Below, in pieces: positions 27,300 through 40,899 of a stretch of DNA of 64,000 nt. Within the stretch, counting starts at the first letter, position 1; each line of letters opens with the position of its first letter. Both the position numbers and the translations under genes were made by a program. Where the stretch lies: NCBI GenBank assembly GCA_964016885.1, contig OZ024741.1, forward strand, positions 64,046,001 through 64,110,000, written 5' to 3'. The notes under the pieces are model-generated. The model was not told the origin of the DNA. It saw only the letters and a list, made by a program, of their open reading frames with translations, and did not search any database. Origin of the DNA: Eledone cirrhosa. Its lineage: Eukaryota.

Positions 27300-27501
27300 A
27301 TTCCCTCGTAGTGAAGACGATAACGCGCGCTACAGATTGACAAACAAACAAATATATAAACAAATTAATAAAGGTCGATGTGTGAGAGAAACATATACCT
27401 GAGTCTAAGGAACTCACGTGCTAAGTTTGAACAATCCACTGGTTTTTAAGTGCATTGGAGACAAACAGACAAACAAACGAGTTATTTTGTATATATACAG
27501 A
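27300..27501 (-). mobile_element. Helitron-like 5' end fragment
   Basis: a|TCtgtatatatacaaaa start on the minus strand with ACAA/ACAG microsatellite; similar to the 60016 terminus; 3' end not found. Confidence 0.4.
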
Positions 27502-29537
27502 TATAGTGATGTCGCTGCACAGAAATATAGAAGCCGCATGATGAGTTATTTGTAAGACTATATTGTATAGTACAACGTATCATTTACTAATTCAAAACGG
27601 TAGAGCAACCATGCAGAGATCTTCCAACGTTTGCTTAAAGTAAACATTGTTGCCGTTGCTTAACCCCAGATAAGCCCTGCTCGAACTGACCTGTGATGAA
27701 AAGCTTTCCTTCTGTGATCACCCTGTGTTTTGTATATCAATAACTATATTCTCCGGTATATATTTAATTCATAATTGCAAAGTGTGATTTGGCCGGTATT
27801 TTGCTGCTATAGTGATCATGCCGATAGGGAATTCATATGTTGAAAAAGCTGACATGTTGTAACATCCCTTTACACGGGGAAAATATTATTAGACAGACAC
27901 ACACCCACTTGACAGGTGTATCATATTTTCGTCTTTTGGTCTCACTTCTTTCTTATTCCTCTTTGCAGCATCGCTTAAAATTCCTATTCGAGAATTGTAG
28001 TATCGCCAGATACACTTCAGTCTTGTCCTTAACATTTATTAGTGATGGCGAATGCAGTCTTCGCCAAATTCTGCTTCGTTAGAAATTCAAAGGGAAATTA
28101 TGACACTTAGCTGACGTGTGGTATTCCGAAGCATTCTGAAGAAATTTTTACCTCAATAGCATCATCTATAAAGCTGGTTATGGTGTCGCGTTGCAATGAC
28201 CATTTGTAGGTTCTAGCTTCTGCAACTGGAATAGATTTCTGTCGACTTAGATAATGTGTGTTCCAGTCATTTAGTCGCTTTTGATCAGCGGAACAACCTG
28301 CTCGTGAAATTCAGGTATGAATGGCTGAGCGTTCTTCAAATACATGAAACATTAATGTAATTCCTAGAAAGATTCAGCGCGAGACAGCATGTGACAATCC
28401 TGCCCATTGAACTACAGATACAGTCAGTCAGACGGGCTTCCAAACAGTTTCTGTCTATCTAATTTTACTCTCAAGAAATGGGCCAAACCGGAGTTGTGTT
28501 ATGTGACACTTGTTAATATGTCTCGCAATTGAATCAAATCAGGAATTTAATGAATGTGGAGAGGATTTCTTAACCATTAGGCTATGTCGCGCTCACTGAC
28601 TTCAATAACATGATCGATTCTCTTCCTACACGCTACAGGAAATCCTGATAGATTGAGGTGATTTGTGAATTTTAGCGAGCAGAGTGTCCTCTTTTATCTC
28701 TCTGATCTCTTGAAAAGTGGCCTGAAAATCGAAAGTTATTGAAGCATAAAAAGAAAACGAGAACATTATTGAAATAAGGTTTAATCATTTACGGCTGGCT
28801 AAAGGGAGTGAGGGAGTCGTGGAGGCGCCATAGTAACAGGCAGCGTGTCTTGGGCATCATCTCCTCTCCAGGTCGATTTCTTCAAAAGATGAAGAGAGAC
28901 TGTGTGAGAGCGAGAGAAAGATACATAGAAGGATCTACCCCAGTACTGGAATGGTACGTTTTCTCGATCTCATAAAAATGAAAGGTTAAGTTGATGGGAT
29001 TAAGAGATACGGGAAACAATCCCGCAAAGCATTCTATCTGACGTTATAACGACTCTACCAATTCACCACCCGCTTAATTACTTATAAGATCGATATAAAT
29101 AAATAGCAGATTAACTTTATGGAAGGTAAACGAAAAGAGTTTCTAAATAACTTTAAAACATCGAATGTTATAAAATAGCTACATATGAAAGTACTTTTAT
29201 ATTCTCTCTAAAATTAAGCTAGCTATAATCCAAAGATTAAGTTGTAATTGCAAGAAATTTCAAAGATAGAACAATAGCTAGACTGGAGAGTGGAAGCAAG
29301 AAATAAGTGAATCTGGGTTTAAAAAGAGAGGCAAAAAGTATGAGAGATGTGATCGCAGTGAATGTGAGCTGTGGAGAATGAGGTGGGGAGGAAATGAAGT
29401 TCTGAAAATAGCCTGTAAAAGTAATATATGTATTAAAATATATCCAAATTGGAAGTTTTAAAACTTTACTTAGAGATTTTGGTTTTACTAATGTAAATCT
29501 CTCTCTCTCTCTCTCTCTCTGTATGTATATATATATA

Positions 29538-30480
29538 TATAAAGGTTAACATATACATAAAGTTATAGATATATATACGTTGCAACTGGTCACTTTTAAG
29601 CTCTATGAAGAATTAATAAATTAAAAAATCAGAGCATTATATCATAAATCATGTCTTTAGAATCATCAGATAATAAAATATATACTATTTCTTCTTCTAA
29701 TTAGCATAATTAACCATATAAAAAATAATAGGAGCATTTATTCTTATAGCTTGTTATGATTGATTTTTTATATGGTTAATTATGCTAATTAGAAGAAGAA
29801 ATAGTATATATTTTATTATCTGATGATTCTAAAGACATGATTTATGATATAATGCTCTGATTTTTTAATTTATTAAATCTTCATAGAGCTTAAAAGTGAC
29901 CAGTTGCAACGTATATATATCTATAACTTTATGTATATGTTAACCTTTATATTTAATAATCTCCCAATAGGTTGAGATTAAATTTGGCGATATTTGGCTG
30001 CGCTTTCTAGTAGCAAGCCTACCCGCCGTAAGCAACCAATCACATTCTTTCTCTCTGGCTTGAACACAGCCACATAGCGATTTTTAGCCATTTTTTAATC
30101 TAATTTTGGCGGGATCGGATTGAAAAACTAGATGTCTGATTTTGAGTTTGTCTCCCGATGAATCCTAACTCAGGACATTCCTATTATTTGAATGTCCAAA
30201 ATAAGGAAGAAACCATGGTAGAGATATAATTACGGTATGTGCGCATTTCTTCTAAGTTTAATTTTACAACTAATTGTGTATGGTTGATGGTATATTTAGT
30301 CAGTTTCTACATGCTGTCGAAATGTTGGATAAATACTCGACTGAGGCCGCCGCGAAGAGGCTACGTTCGATTATTTGTCGGAGATTTCCCCATAAGAGCA
30401 TTTATTCTTATAGCTTGTTCTGATTGATTTTTTATATGGTTAATTATGCTAATTAGAAGAAGAAATAGTATATATTTTAT
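29538..30480 (+). mobile_element. Non-coding HHR element: ~189-bp fold-back (29538-29726 / 29763-29951) and an ~85-bp terminal direct repeat (29728 / 30392, period 664 bp), in (TA)n
   Basis: Repeats read directly; no credible ORF. Confidence 0.85.
30149..30226 (+). ncRNA. Type I hammerhead with CCGATGA (U4C) core
   Basis: tgtctc/gagata stem I; tcct/agga + ggacattc/gaatgtcc stem II; GAAA C(CATG)G TA. Confidence 0.75.
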
Positions 30481-30532
30481 ATATATATATATAGAGAGAG
30501 AGAGATTTACATTAGTATCATTATAAAAAAGA

Positions 30533-30862
30533 TACCAAGTTTCCGTCGTCGAGAACGCACCCCAATTTTGACAACCCAAAATCTGAAAAACTATAATAAA
30601 CGTAAAAATAAGGTCCCGGCATTTCGGCTCTTGTTACCTAATGTTTTACGATATTTTGTTTATTAACTACTTTCACTAAGTATAATTTATACACTTGATT
30701 AAGAGGTCATTACAGTTCAGATTGCCGTCTAGCATAGATAATTTTCCTCTGTGGTTAGGATATGCCTATGAAAAACGCAACCTTCGGTCTCCAGGACGCA
30801 TGGTAGATTTTCGAGACATATTTTAGGAAAAAATAGCCTCTTCGACGCCAGGAAATACGGTA
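30533..30862. mobile_element. Possible old Tc1/mariner-type MITE
   Basis: Imperfect TIR taccaagtttccgtcgtcga vs reverse complement taccgtatttcctggcgtcga. Confidence 0.3.
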
Positions 30863-31329
30863 TTTTCCACGTCTTAGAAGAATTACGTTGTGCTACACAG
30901 ATATAGTTCGTCGTGTGATTGTACTTAGAGGTATTGCATAGGGGTTTTATTTCATATGTTGAAGTTGGTGGCTTACTAGTATTAGATAAATATCGGAGTT
31001 AGGAATAACTAGAACTTTGGAGTTGGCGCACAACTCTATTCAGCAGCTGATATACATTTTCTTCTGCTTTTTTCTCGGATGACCTTGTCAGTTACTAGAG
31101 CTGGAAAAGTATAATGTCCGTATGCTGGATATTATTATATACTATATTATGTGTATATTACTCTATGATAGTAGATGAATCACTACCTCCTTACGGATAA
31201 CTGATGTTGAACACCAGGTCTGAACACAGAAAAGCCGAGCTCCCACTGTCATCGTCTCCATCTCTCTCGCCGTCCCCATCTCTCTCGCCGTCTCCATCTC
31301 TCTTGCTGTCCCCATCTCTCTCTATTATG

Positions 31330-31903
31330 GGCAAATGGGGTCCCACGTGCTGGCCACCCACGGCCCCGGCGGACAGAATGGAGAAGGCGTTTCGTCGGAG
31401 GATGGTAAGAGCCATTCCATCTCGCGAGGCTCACACCTGCGGCTAGCCAGCTCAGCGCCTATGGTGGTAAGTAGGTAGGTAGACCTAGGGCCAAGGACAC
31501 CAGAGGTCACCACTGCTAGGGGCTCGACTGCAAACCTGTCAGAGAGCGGCCGATACTTGGAAAGTTTACCCTCCTCAGCCCGAAGTGCAGCAGAACCTGG
31601 GTTAGTCGCAGACTGCGCGAGGGAGGTTGCCGCTGGAGAATGTGTTGTTGCAAGTGGCATCTCAGACGAGGGGTTTAACACTGCGGAACGGGAAGATGAT
31701 CATGCCGTCTGGCCTATTGTCGCACTCTCAGTCCACCCCCACCCCCCACCCCCCGGCTCGAGCTGGGAAGGGAAGCCTGCAGCATCCAAGCCATGCTTTA
31801 TGACTTCGTTGAGAACATCATGGCGTGGAAGGCAGCCGGCACTGTAGCGACAGGGAAGCGAGTGGAGGCGGAAAGAGTCCAAGGTGGATCCGCAGAGACA
31901 TTT
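31330..31903 (-). mobile_element. CRE-clade non-LTR retrotransposon 3' fragment (CCHC + restriction-like endonuclease)
   Basis: CLCG..HSLPC..RHDVLNEVI..LEP, AEEGKLSKY, PLAVVTSGVLG, ILRRNAFSIL. Confidence 0.8.
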
Positions 31904-32092
31904 ATGTATGTTTGTTTGTTTTTTCGACTTGTTTCTACAAATACTGAATTAATTATGTTACATTAATTTTGTTGTTTTAAAACTGATCACCTTCACTGAT
32001 AATCGTATTCTGTGATTTTCAATGTTTCAATGCCAACATATTACATCTTAAACCATCTCGCATTAGTCATTTTACATATTGTGTATATATAC

Positions 32093-32233
<141 letters not shown>

Positions 32234-32725
32234 TGTGCGTGTTTGTGTCTGTCTATGTGTATGTGTGTATGTGTACAGCTTGAACTACTTGAAAATGTCT
32301 TTGAATGAATTATCTAACTTGGCCTGTTGTTCTAACCAAGTAAATGAAATCATTTATTAATAAAGTGTTTTAAGTAAGTAAATAAATAAATAATAAAGTT
32401 CTTTAAATATAACATTTGTTAATTAATTCGAAATACTGTTGGAATTGTGAAGTTGTGAGGAGTGAAATAGTTGTAAACATCATATTTATCATACCAAGTA
32501 ATGTTCTGTATGTGTAAAATGTAGAAACAATGATTCTTTTTTTAATTTCCGTATTTCGGTACAAAGCCAGAATTTTCATGGCGATGCGGAGGATTATATC
32601 GCCCCAATACTTTACTGTTACTTTATTTTATCGACCCCGGAAAGAAGAAAGGCAACGTTGACCTCGACAGGATTTGAATTCAGAAGGCATAGGCGTCCAT
32701 GGTTCCCATGTGAGGTGCGGAAATA

Positions 32726-32915
32726 ATTGATTCTACTTTTGGCACAAGGCCTGTAATTACTCCAGTACATTACTGGTACTTTATATTATCGACCTCGTAA
32801 GGATGAAAGGCAAAGTTAACCTCGGCGGGATTTAAAATCAGACCGTAAAGGGGCGTAACTCTATGTTACAGAGCATGGCGTCCGACTCTTCTACCGATAC
32901 TGTCATTCCACTGCC
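32726..32915 (-). mobile_element. tRNA-derived SINE, short-tail subfamily
   Basis: Matches other copies. Confidence 0.85.
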
Positions 32916-33151
32916 CTCACGAACTACGAAATACTATAATATTTTAGAAAAAAATTGCTGTATTATTTTTTTGATGGCTGTATATAAAAAACATGCATAA
33001 ATTGTGCAAATGTGTAAAGTAAAAACCAATTCTAAAATTAACATTACACAGCATCAACTATCAAATATAATTATTTAATAGCCAGATAAATACACACGTA
33101 CAGAGAATACATACACACTAAATAGCCAATATATATATATAGCATAGTCAG

Positions 33152-33283
33152 TAACGCCCTTTACAGTCTGAGTTCAAATCCCGCCGAGATTAACTTTGCC
33201 TTTCATCCTTACGGGGTCGATAAAATAAAGTACCAGTAATGCACTGGGTAATTGCTGGCCTTGTGCCAAAAGTAGAAACAATT
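33152..33283 (+). mobile_element. 5'-truncated SINE, short-tail subfamily
   Basis: B-box + body + tail. Confidence 0.85.
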
Positions 33284-33482
33284 ATATTGATTATATATAT
33301 GGATCTGTAACTCCAGATAGAATCTTAGGTGTAGCCTCGTGATATTTTAAACCTGGTCAGGCCCATCAATCTACCGATGTGAATAGCCATTTTTTCTAAA
33401 GGAGAGAGATAAAGTGAGCGACAGGAAGTATGTACATATACATATACATTCATATATATATATATACATATATATGCATAGA

Positions 33483-35428
33483 TAATTTATTCGGTCCTCA
33501 ATGTTGCCATTGACTGACCAACGGTCAAAAATAATACAGATACAATATAGACACAAACACATATATATAGTTTATCAAAGTTCTTTCGTTGCACATCTGC
33601 AACATCGTCAGTGGTGCTATTGTTTCCTCCCGTTACATTGTATTTTCTACGCCATCTTTATTTAGTCTGTTTATATATTTATTTATTTGTTTATTTTATT
33701 TTGTCTTCTTTGCGCATGCGTTTGCGTGTGTGTATAGTGTTTTGTTTGATGTGTGTTCGTGATTGGGTGACTGTGTATTGGTTAATGTATTCTATCTTTA
33801 CTAGTGTGTGTTTATATGTGTTTGTTGTTATTGTGCTTGTGTATGTATTTATTTATTTATCTATTTATTTATTTATTTATACTTCTCTTAGGTCAGTGTT
33901 GTTTGTTTGGGTGTTGTTGTTATTCCATTCGTTCTTTCTGTTTAGCCTTGGCCTTCTAAGTTCTATTTCACTGGCCTCTCTGATTTGCCTATCTGCTGGG
34001 TCATTTCTATGTTTAGATATTATTCTAATTTCTATGTTGTCTATGTTACCGTCGTGTTGTTGTCTGGCATGTTTGTATAGTACTTAACCGTTTTTTCGTC
34101 CTTTTAGTTCCCCCCAGTATTGGTCTATCCTTTCACCTATGGTACGAGCTGTCTCGCCTATGTATGTTGTTATCATGTTTCTGCAAGTACCCTCTGTACA
34201 TCTTATGCTATAGACTACGTTTCTAGTTTTACAGTTTATCCGGGGGTTTACCTTACATATGATGCATTTCCTATTAGTACAGTGGGCTTTCTTAAAGGGT
34301 AGGTTTTGCTGATCAGGAATTTTATGGTGGTTCCTGGCTTTTCTACCACCTTAATCTTTAAGTGGGTCTTTCTCAGGACTTTTCTACACTGGTTAGCTAA
34401 TTTCCCTCCAGGGGTAGCGTCCACAAACATGACACTCTGGTATCTCTGGTTGTCGTACCATGAGGTGGCTTTCCCTATCTTATGTCTAGCCCTATCTAAG
34501 CTATTCCATGATTTGCTCTTGTATAATAGGCAAATTCCTTTCATGTCCAGTTCTATGAGGGTCTTATACTTCTCCATGGCTCCTTCGTATACTCTGACTC
34601 TGTCTCTTTGGTTGTAGCCAGAAAACTGCATGCGGTTGATGAAGTGTTGGATGTGTCTTTCCATTTCTGTTGGGTCGCACATGCTGGACACATTCTTCAT
34701 CACTCGTACCAAATCTGCGATCAGAATATTAAACTTAGCACTACTGGACATTGCTGAGTTTTTGAGTATCATGTATTTGGAGGCCATGGGTTTAGCATAG
34801 TGTGAGTGGAGAATTTGGGCTCTCTCGTCTATAGTGTTAATCCAGAGTTCCGTGTCTAATACAGGTAGTCTATTGTTAGGGTGTTTAGAAGGGTAGTCGA
34901 TAGTTACAGTTATACTCTGGTGTATGGAATTAGCTATCTACTGGATGCTTTCCATTGTGCTACGTTCTAAATCAAACTTGTTAGTGCTCTCTAGTGGGGA
35001 TGTTATTATAACTATATTGATATCGTCTACGTAACGAGAGTACATGATGAGGTCTATGGAGCTCTCATTAAGGAGATCTTTAAGTCTCATTTCCCACCAT
35101 ACCATAAATAAATAAATATATAAACAGACTAAATAAAGATGGCGTAGAAAATACAAAATACAATGTAACGGGAGGAAACAATAGCACCACTGACGATGTT
35201 GCAGATGTGCAACGAAAGAACTTTGATAAACTATATATATGTGTTTGTGTCTATATTGTATCTGTATTATTTTTGATCGTTGGTCAGTCAATGGCAACAT
35301 TGAGGACCGAATAAATTAGATTACCGATATAAAAGACACAGAAGCGAAAAGCGAAAACCAACCAAACAGTGAGTATGTTCTGTTATTAATTCTGGGAATA
35401 TTACACAAATATGACCCTTCCCAAGTAT

Positions 35429-35433
<5 letters not shown>
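33483..35433 (-). mobile_element. PLE (Neptune/Nematis-like), 5'-truncated RT + GIY-YIG, with inverted pLTR (35106-35318 = reverse complement of 33483-33688) extended by a ~115-bp tail
   Basis: YSRYVDDI, RLPVLDTELW, HYAKPMAS, FVDATPGG, CTNRKCIIC..NVVYSIRC..YIGETAR. Confidence 0.92.
35186..35227 (+). ncRNA. Hammerhead-like motif with GAAC mini helix III (mirror at 33574-33615 on -, the element's sense strand)
   Basis: acca CTGACGA t gttgca/tgcaac GAAA gaac TT tgat. Confidence 0.65.
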
Positions 35434-36188
<755 letters not shown>

Positions 36189-36559
36189 TTCCCTCAGAGG
36201 AGGAAACTCATGGAATTTAGATATTTATGTATTTCAATAATTATTCTCTGAAGGTTTGACATTTTCAATAACATCGCCAGAAATCTGCCAGAAATAAACA
36301 ACCACATCAAAATATTGGCACAAGGGAATCTCTACATATTCGCTCGAACTACGAGAAATAACAGTCAAATCTTCCCACGTGAGAGCTAATGTAAATAAAG
36401 AAAGTATATATTGGATAATGTGGAATCAAATATACTGTGACTGACGAAAGAAAGCTGGTGGTCGTAGCTTTTGATCATAATAATCTGTTCAGTCAAGTAA
36501 ATAACACCAACTGTGTGTGGTTGGGATCTTCGTTTGTTCCACCGTTGAGTGTTACAGTT

Positions 36560-36840
36560 GAATCAGTCAGAGAGACAGCTTGCTCTTGAATGTAACGTGT
36601 AAATGACTGAGGATTCGACAGATATGTGTACCTTAACATGGTTCTCGGGGAAATTCAGTGTGATACTAGTGTAACAAGGCTGGATCTTTGATTTTACAGT
36701 TACGATTCATTTTTACTGAGTGAACAAGAGCAACATGAAATAAAGTGTCTTTTTCCTATACACAATGCGCTGTTGGGAATCGAACTGAAGACCTTACCAT
36801 TGTGAGCCGAAGACCTAAACCATTAGGTCAAGTGCCTTCA
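36560..36840 (-). mobile_element. Second tRNA-derived SINE family (CORE-like), decayed
   Basis: Reverse complement of the head at 58292 plus shared body tgacaaggct..tttgaattacagg. Confidence 0.65.
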
Positions 36841-37225
36841 GACAAGCACACCAACTTTACGAGAGTCGGATGGAAAGTTCATATGCTGATCAATATACTC
36901 TCATGGAATTCCCAAATGAGGTTTATTTTTCAACATAGTCTCTGGAAAGAAATAATGCTGTTTCTAATAAAAATAATTGACATCCCTCCTTCATAGTCAG
37001 TTTATGAACTTTTCAGCCCACTGTCTTAACTGAAACCACAAATGGGAGGGGGGAAGCAAGTTGGTGACATGAGTCAAGAAGTATTGGAAAATCACAATAG
37101 TAATACGACAAAAACAGCAACAGTGATTGAACGTGCTGACGCTGTTCGCTAATCAGCTGAAGTATTATACAATAAATTTATATCTGTATATATACAGAAC
37201 GAAGGTAAGTAAATCTGTGTCGATG

Positions 37226-37759
37226 CAGACGTGTCAACTCTCCCCGTCCCACGGGGAGCTTTGCAATAGCCTTTGGGATGGGTGAGAAATGTCTTCTCTT
37301 GTGAATATGGGTATAGCTTTCATTATGTAAAATCTACCCATTTTTCCCTGATTTCTCTCCGTTTTGGGGCCTCTTTTTTCATGGTGTTTTTCATGGTAGT
37401 CCCCGTTTGGGTTTCTAGAGATTGATAGGTCTGGAAAATGTGTACATAAATTTACACATTGAGTATACAGCCATGTAAACATGTTAAATTTTACGTACTT
37501 CTCTGTAAATTAAAAACATTTTAAATATCTTGAGTCGATTTTCGAGCATTTTAGGGGCACATTTCCAAACCTGTCAACCTCTAAAAATCCAAACAGGGAG
37601 TACAATGAAAAAAAATGCCCCAAAACGGGGAGAAATGAGGCAAAATGGAGAGATTTTACATAATTAAAGCTATACCCATTTTCACAAGAGAAGACATTTC
37701 TCACCCACCCTAAAGTGGCTGGGAGATCTCCCTGTCGGACGGGAGAGTTGACAGGTCTG
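37226..37759. mobile_element. Two oppositely oriented copies of the 190-bp MITE (37226-37433 and 37566-37759)
   Basis: Each bounded by ca(g/a)acctgtcaa-like TIRs; homologous to 3769-3960. Confidence 0.8.
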
Positions 37760-39086
37760 GGTTTCTCATCAAAAAGATATGTGTACCGTTTAAACAACCA
37801 CAAAGAAATACACAACTGAGGGACTTATATACCCTACCACTTATACTACTATCCTGAAATGGACGTACTAATTTGCATATTATTAGCGTGCATGTGGGTA
37901 AATAATTTTGATATACAGTATATAAAGTTGTGCGCTAAGTAGCTGAAACATGCGATAAATTTATATCTGCAGAGGTAATTATGACTGCGTACATGTGTAT
38001 ATAAATTTACACACTATACGTATAAACAAATAATCATATACCGGTACTTTTGCCCCTAAACTATACAGCATGATCACGGCTGGAAAGCTTTTAGCATAGG
38101 TTGTTGGCTCAATCAGTCAATAAGAGAGTATTTGTGTTGTCGCTAGAAACAGCCATCAGACCCCCTCCAGACTGCATTATAAAACACCGTTGTGGAAAAT
38201 CAGGCTAAATTAGTGAATTCTAAAACTAATACGGAACCTCTCTATTCTTATTTATCTTAATGGTTCTTAAGTTAGGCACAAGGGCAACGGTTTGAGTGGA
38301 GGGGAAAGTCGATTAAACAACTTGGGTATTTAACAAGTAATTTATTTTATAGATCCCCGGAATGATAAAACGCAAAGTTGACCTCAGCAGGATTTAAACT
38401 CAGTACGTAAAAGTCGTAACTATAAACTGCAAAGTATTTTGTCTGACGCTCAACATTTCCATAGATCGCATTACAAGAGTTATTAAAAAGTCAACTACTG
38501 TATGTATGTAACTCACGGGTGAATCGGCACTTCTAGGTCCTTTTTAAAAATCCTTCGTGGAGTCCATCTCCTCCCTAGGTCTGAATGCAGCAGATTTCTT
38601 CCAGAGAATGATAGAAAGTGAGAGAAAGGAAGTGAGAAAGAGATATAGAGGAAAAAATCGACCCAAGTACTATACTGGTATTTTTTTTTTTTTTATCAAC
38701 CTTGAATGGATGAAAGTCAAGGTTTACCTCAGCAGGATTTAAAGTCAGAAAGAAGAGAGACAACAGAATCCCACAAAGCATTTTATCCAACATTGAAACG
38801 ACTCTGTCAATTCGCCGCCTTATCTATGGTTATATCAGTGTTATAATAATTATTTCTAATTTATGCACAAGGCCAGCACATTTTTAGGCGAGGGGAAATT
38901 TAATTAATGGAAATATTAGAGAATACGTGCCTACAGTTTTATAAAGGGACTGGATGATCACGGTTGGAATGTCTTTGATCATATATCTGCTCGGTCTGAG
39001 CTGACCTTTGGTTAAATAACTATGAAACCAACGGTAGCATCAGTAACAGCGGTCGCAGCAGCAATCGCAGCAGCTGTAGAACCAAC

Positions 39087-39200
39087 ATGAGGACGATGAC
39101 AACGGCGACAACAACAACGACAACAACGACGACGACAACAACAACGACGACAACGACAACAACGACAACAACAACAACAACTACGACAACAACCCACAAC

Positions 39201-39234
<34 letters not shown>

Positions 39235-39295
39235 ACAACTACGATAACAACCCACAAGAACAACGACAACAACAACTGCGACAACAACAACAACA
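39087..39295. repeat. (CAA/CGA)n tract
   Basis: Directly visible. Confidence 0.9.
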
Positions 39296-39668
39296 CTCTG
39301 GCTGCTTGGTTCAGGTCTCATGGTATCACATGTTGAAAGAAATCAAATTAAATATTTCCCAAACCTTGCACCGGGTTACAATATGTACCTTGGAGAACAG
39401 TTGTAACTCTCAGTTGTATGGGGCGGAGGAAATGTAAATTTAACTTGTGTTTCGATGTCTTTCAACCATGTTGTCATGCTGTTGTTGTTTATTTCTTGGG
39501 TCAGTACCAGGTCAGCCTCGGTCGAGAAAACTTTTGAGCGTGTTTGTGTGTGTGTGTGTGTACAGTGTATCACATATTAATGGGACACATTTTAACTCCA
39601 CAGCATATATATTAGAATACACATTTTAAATCAAATCCAAAACCCCTCTAATCCAAAGCAAATCAAGA

Positions 39669-39853
39669 GTGGATTGGCAGTATCGGTAGAGGCTCGGACG
39701 CCATGCTTTGATGCATAGAGTTACGGCCCTTGCCATTCTGAGTTCAAATCCCACCGAGGCTAACTTTGCCTTTCATCCTTATGGGGCCGATAAAATAAAG
39801 TACCAGTAATGCACTGGGTAATTGCTGGCCTTGTTCCAAAAGTAGAAACAATT
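39669..39853 (+). mobile_element. tRNA-derived SINE, short-tail subfamily
   Basis: Near-consensus. Confidence 0.9.
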
Positions 39854-39862
39854 ATTACATGA

Positions 39863-40125
39863 CACAAACAAAATGGCGTAGGATAGAAGAAAGGAAAGGC
39901 ACAGAAACGAAGAAAGAAATCCCCAGTCACTGAAGAGGTCACAGAGTGTGTGACGAAAGAACTATGACTATATATATATAAACAACTATCTGGTTGTGGA
40001 ACCAACCAACCAACCAGAAATTTATAAATTTGTAAATTTATAAATATATATTAAATTAAATTGAAGTGAAAGCAACTGGTGCGTGTGTTTCTTATTGGCA
40101 ACATGACCCTCCCAAAGTATAACAA
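39863..40125 (+). mobile_element. Solo pLTR-like HHR cassette with target-site duplication
   Basis: aacaattattacatga at 39847-39862 and 40121-40136; 3' end atgaccctcccaaagtataacaa shared with 35411-35433. Confidence 0.8.
39925..39969 (+). ncRNA. Ultra-minimal type I hammerhead (45 nt)
   Basis: agtca CTGAAGA g gtcaca/tgtgac GAAA gaac TA tgact. Confidence 0.8.
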
Positions 40126-40374
40126 TTATTACATGATTAAAATAGTAAGGCTAATCTCGAACACTTCCAAACGTTCATCGACAACTTTTTGTTTATAGAA
40201 CTCAATATTAATTACGAACCTCCCAACCCTCTTACTCCAAATGTAGACTTCCCTCTTATTTTTAAACAAGAGCTACTAAGAGTTAAAAATTAGTTAAGAG
40301 GAAACTAGACACTTCCCCTAGTCTGTCATGGCTAACTAGCTCTATAAGGACATTTAGATTGATCAAATAAATTT

Positions 40375-40405
<31 letters not shown>

Positions 40406-40407
<2 letters not shown>

Positions 40408-40780
40408 ATCACAGAAAAAAGAGAATCACTGTTGCGACGAAAGGAATTTATTGGACATATTACAATTGTTTCTCGGGCGATCAGCTCGAGGCACGATCGA
40501 TGTGGTGATCAAACCTGACTCTGAAATCATGCGGTTCTCGGATACGTCTCGATTCTACGAAGCAGATTTTCGTGTAATAGGAAAATCTACTTCGTTGAAT
40601 CGAGACGTATCCGAGGACCGCGCGATTTCAGAGTCAGGTTTGATCACCACATCGATCGTGCCTCGAGCTGATCGCCCGAGAAAAATTGTAATATGTCCAA
40701 TAAATTCATTTCGTCGCAACAGTGATTCTCTTTTTTCTGTGATATCATACTCTGCTTTACGAGGGCATCTAGTTGAAAAC
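40406..40780 (+). mobile_element. Non-coding fold-back element in (TA)n: ~165-bp arms (40406-40570 / 40582-40745) + 35-bp tail
   Basis: Inverted arms with a few mismatches; contains an HHR. Confidence 0.85.
40604..40697 (+). ncRNA. Type I hammerhead with CCGAGGA (U4C) core and long stem II (mirror at 40454-40548 on -)
   Basis: gacgtat/atatgtc stem I; GAAA C(AATT)G TA intact in the left arm, core intact in the right arm. Confidence 0.7.
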
Positions 40781-40899
40781 TATATATATATTATGCAGTA
40801 AAAATATCCGTGGGAGGGAATACGGAAAAAGTGTCCAATCTACTGAAAGTGAGCTAATTTAGTATTTATTAATATTCATACACGTAACGTGTATTGCGC

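Noticed and set aside
29815-29850. CTGATGA within the palindrome arm
   Set aside because: No GAAA/helix III follows; at most a relic.
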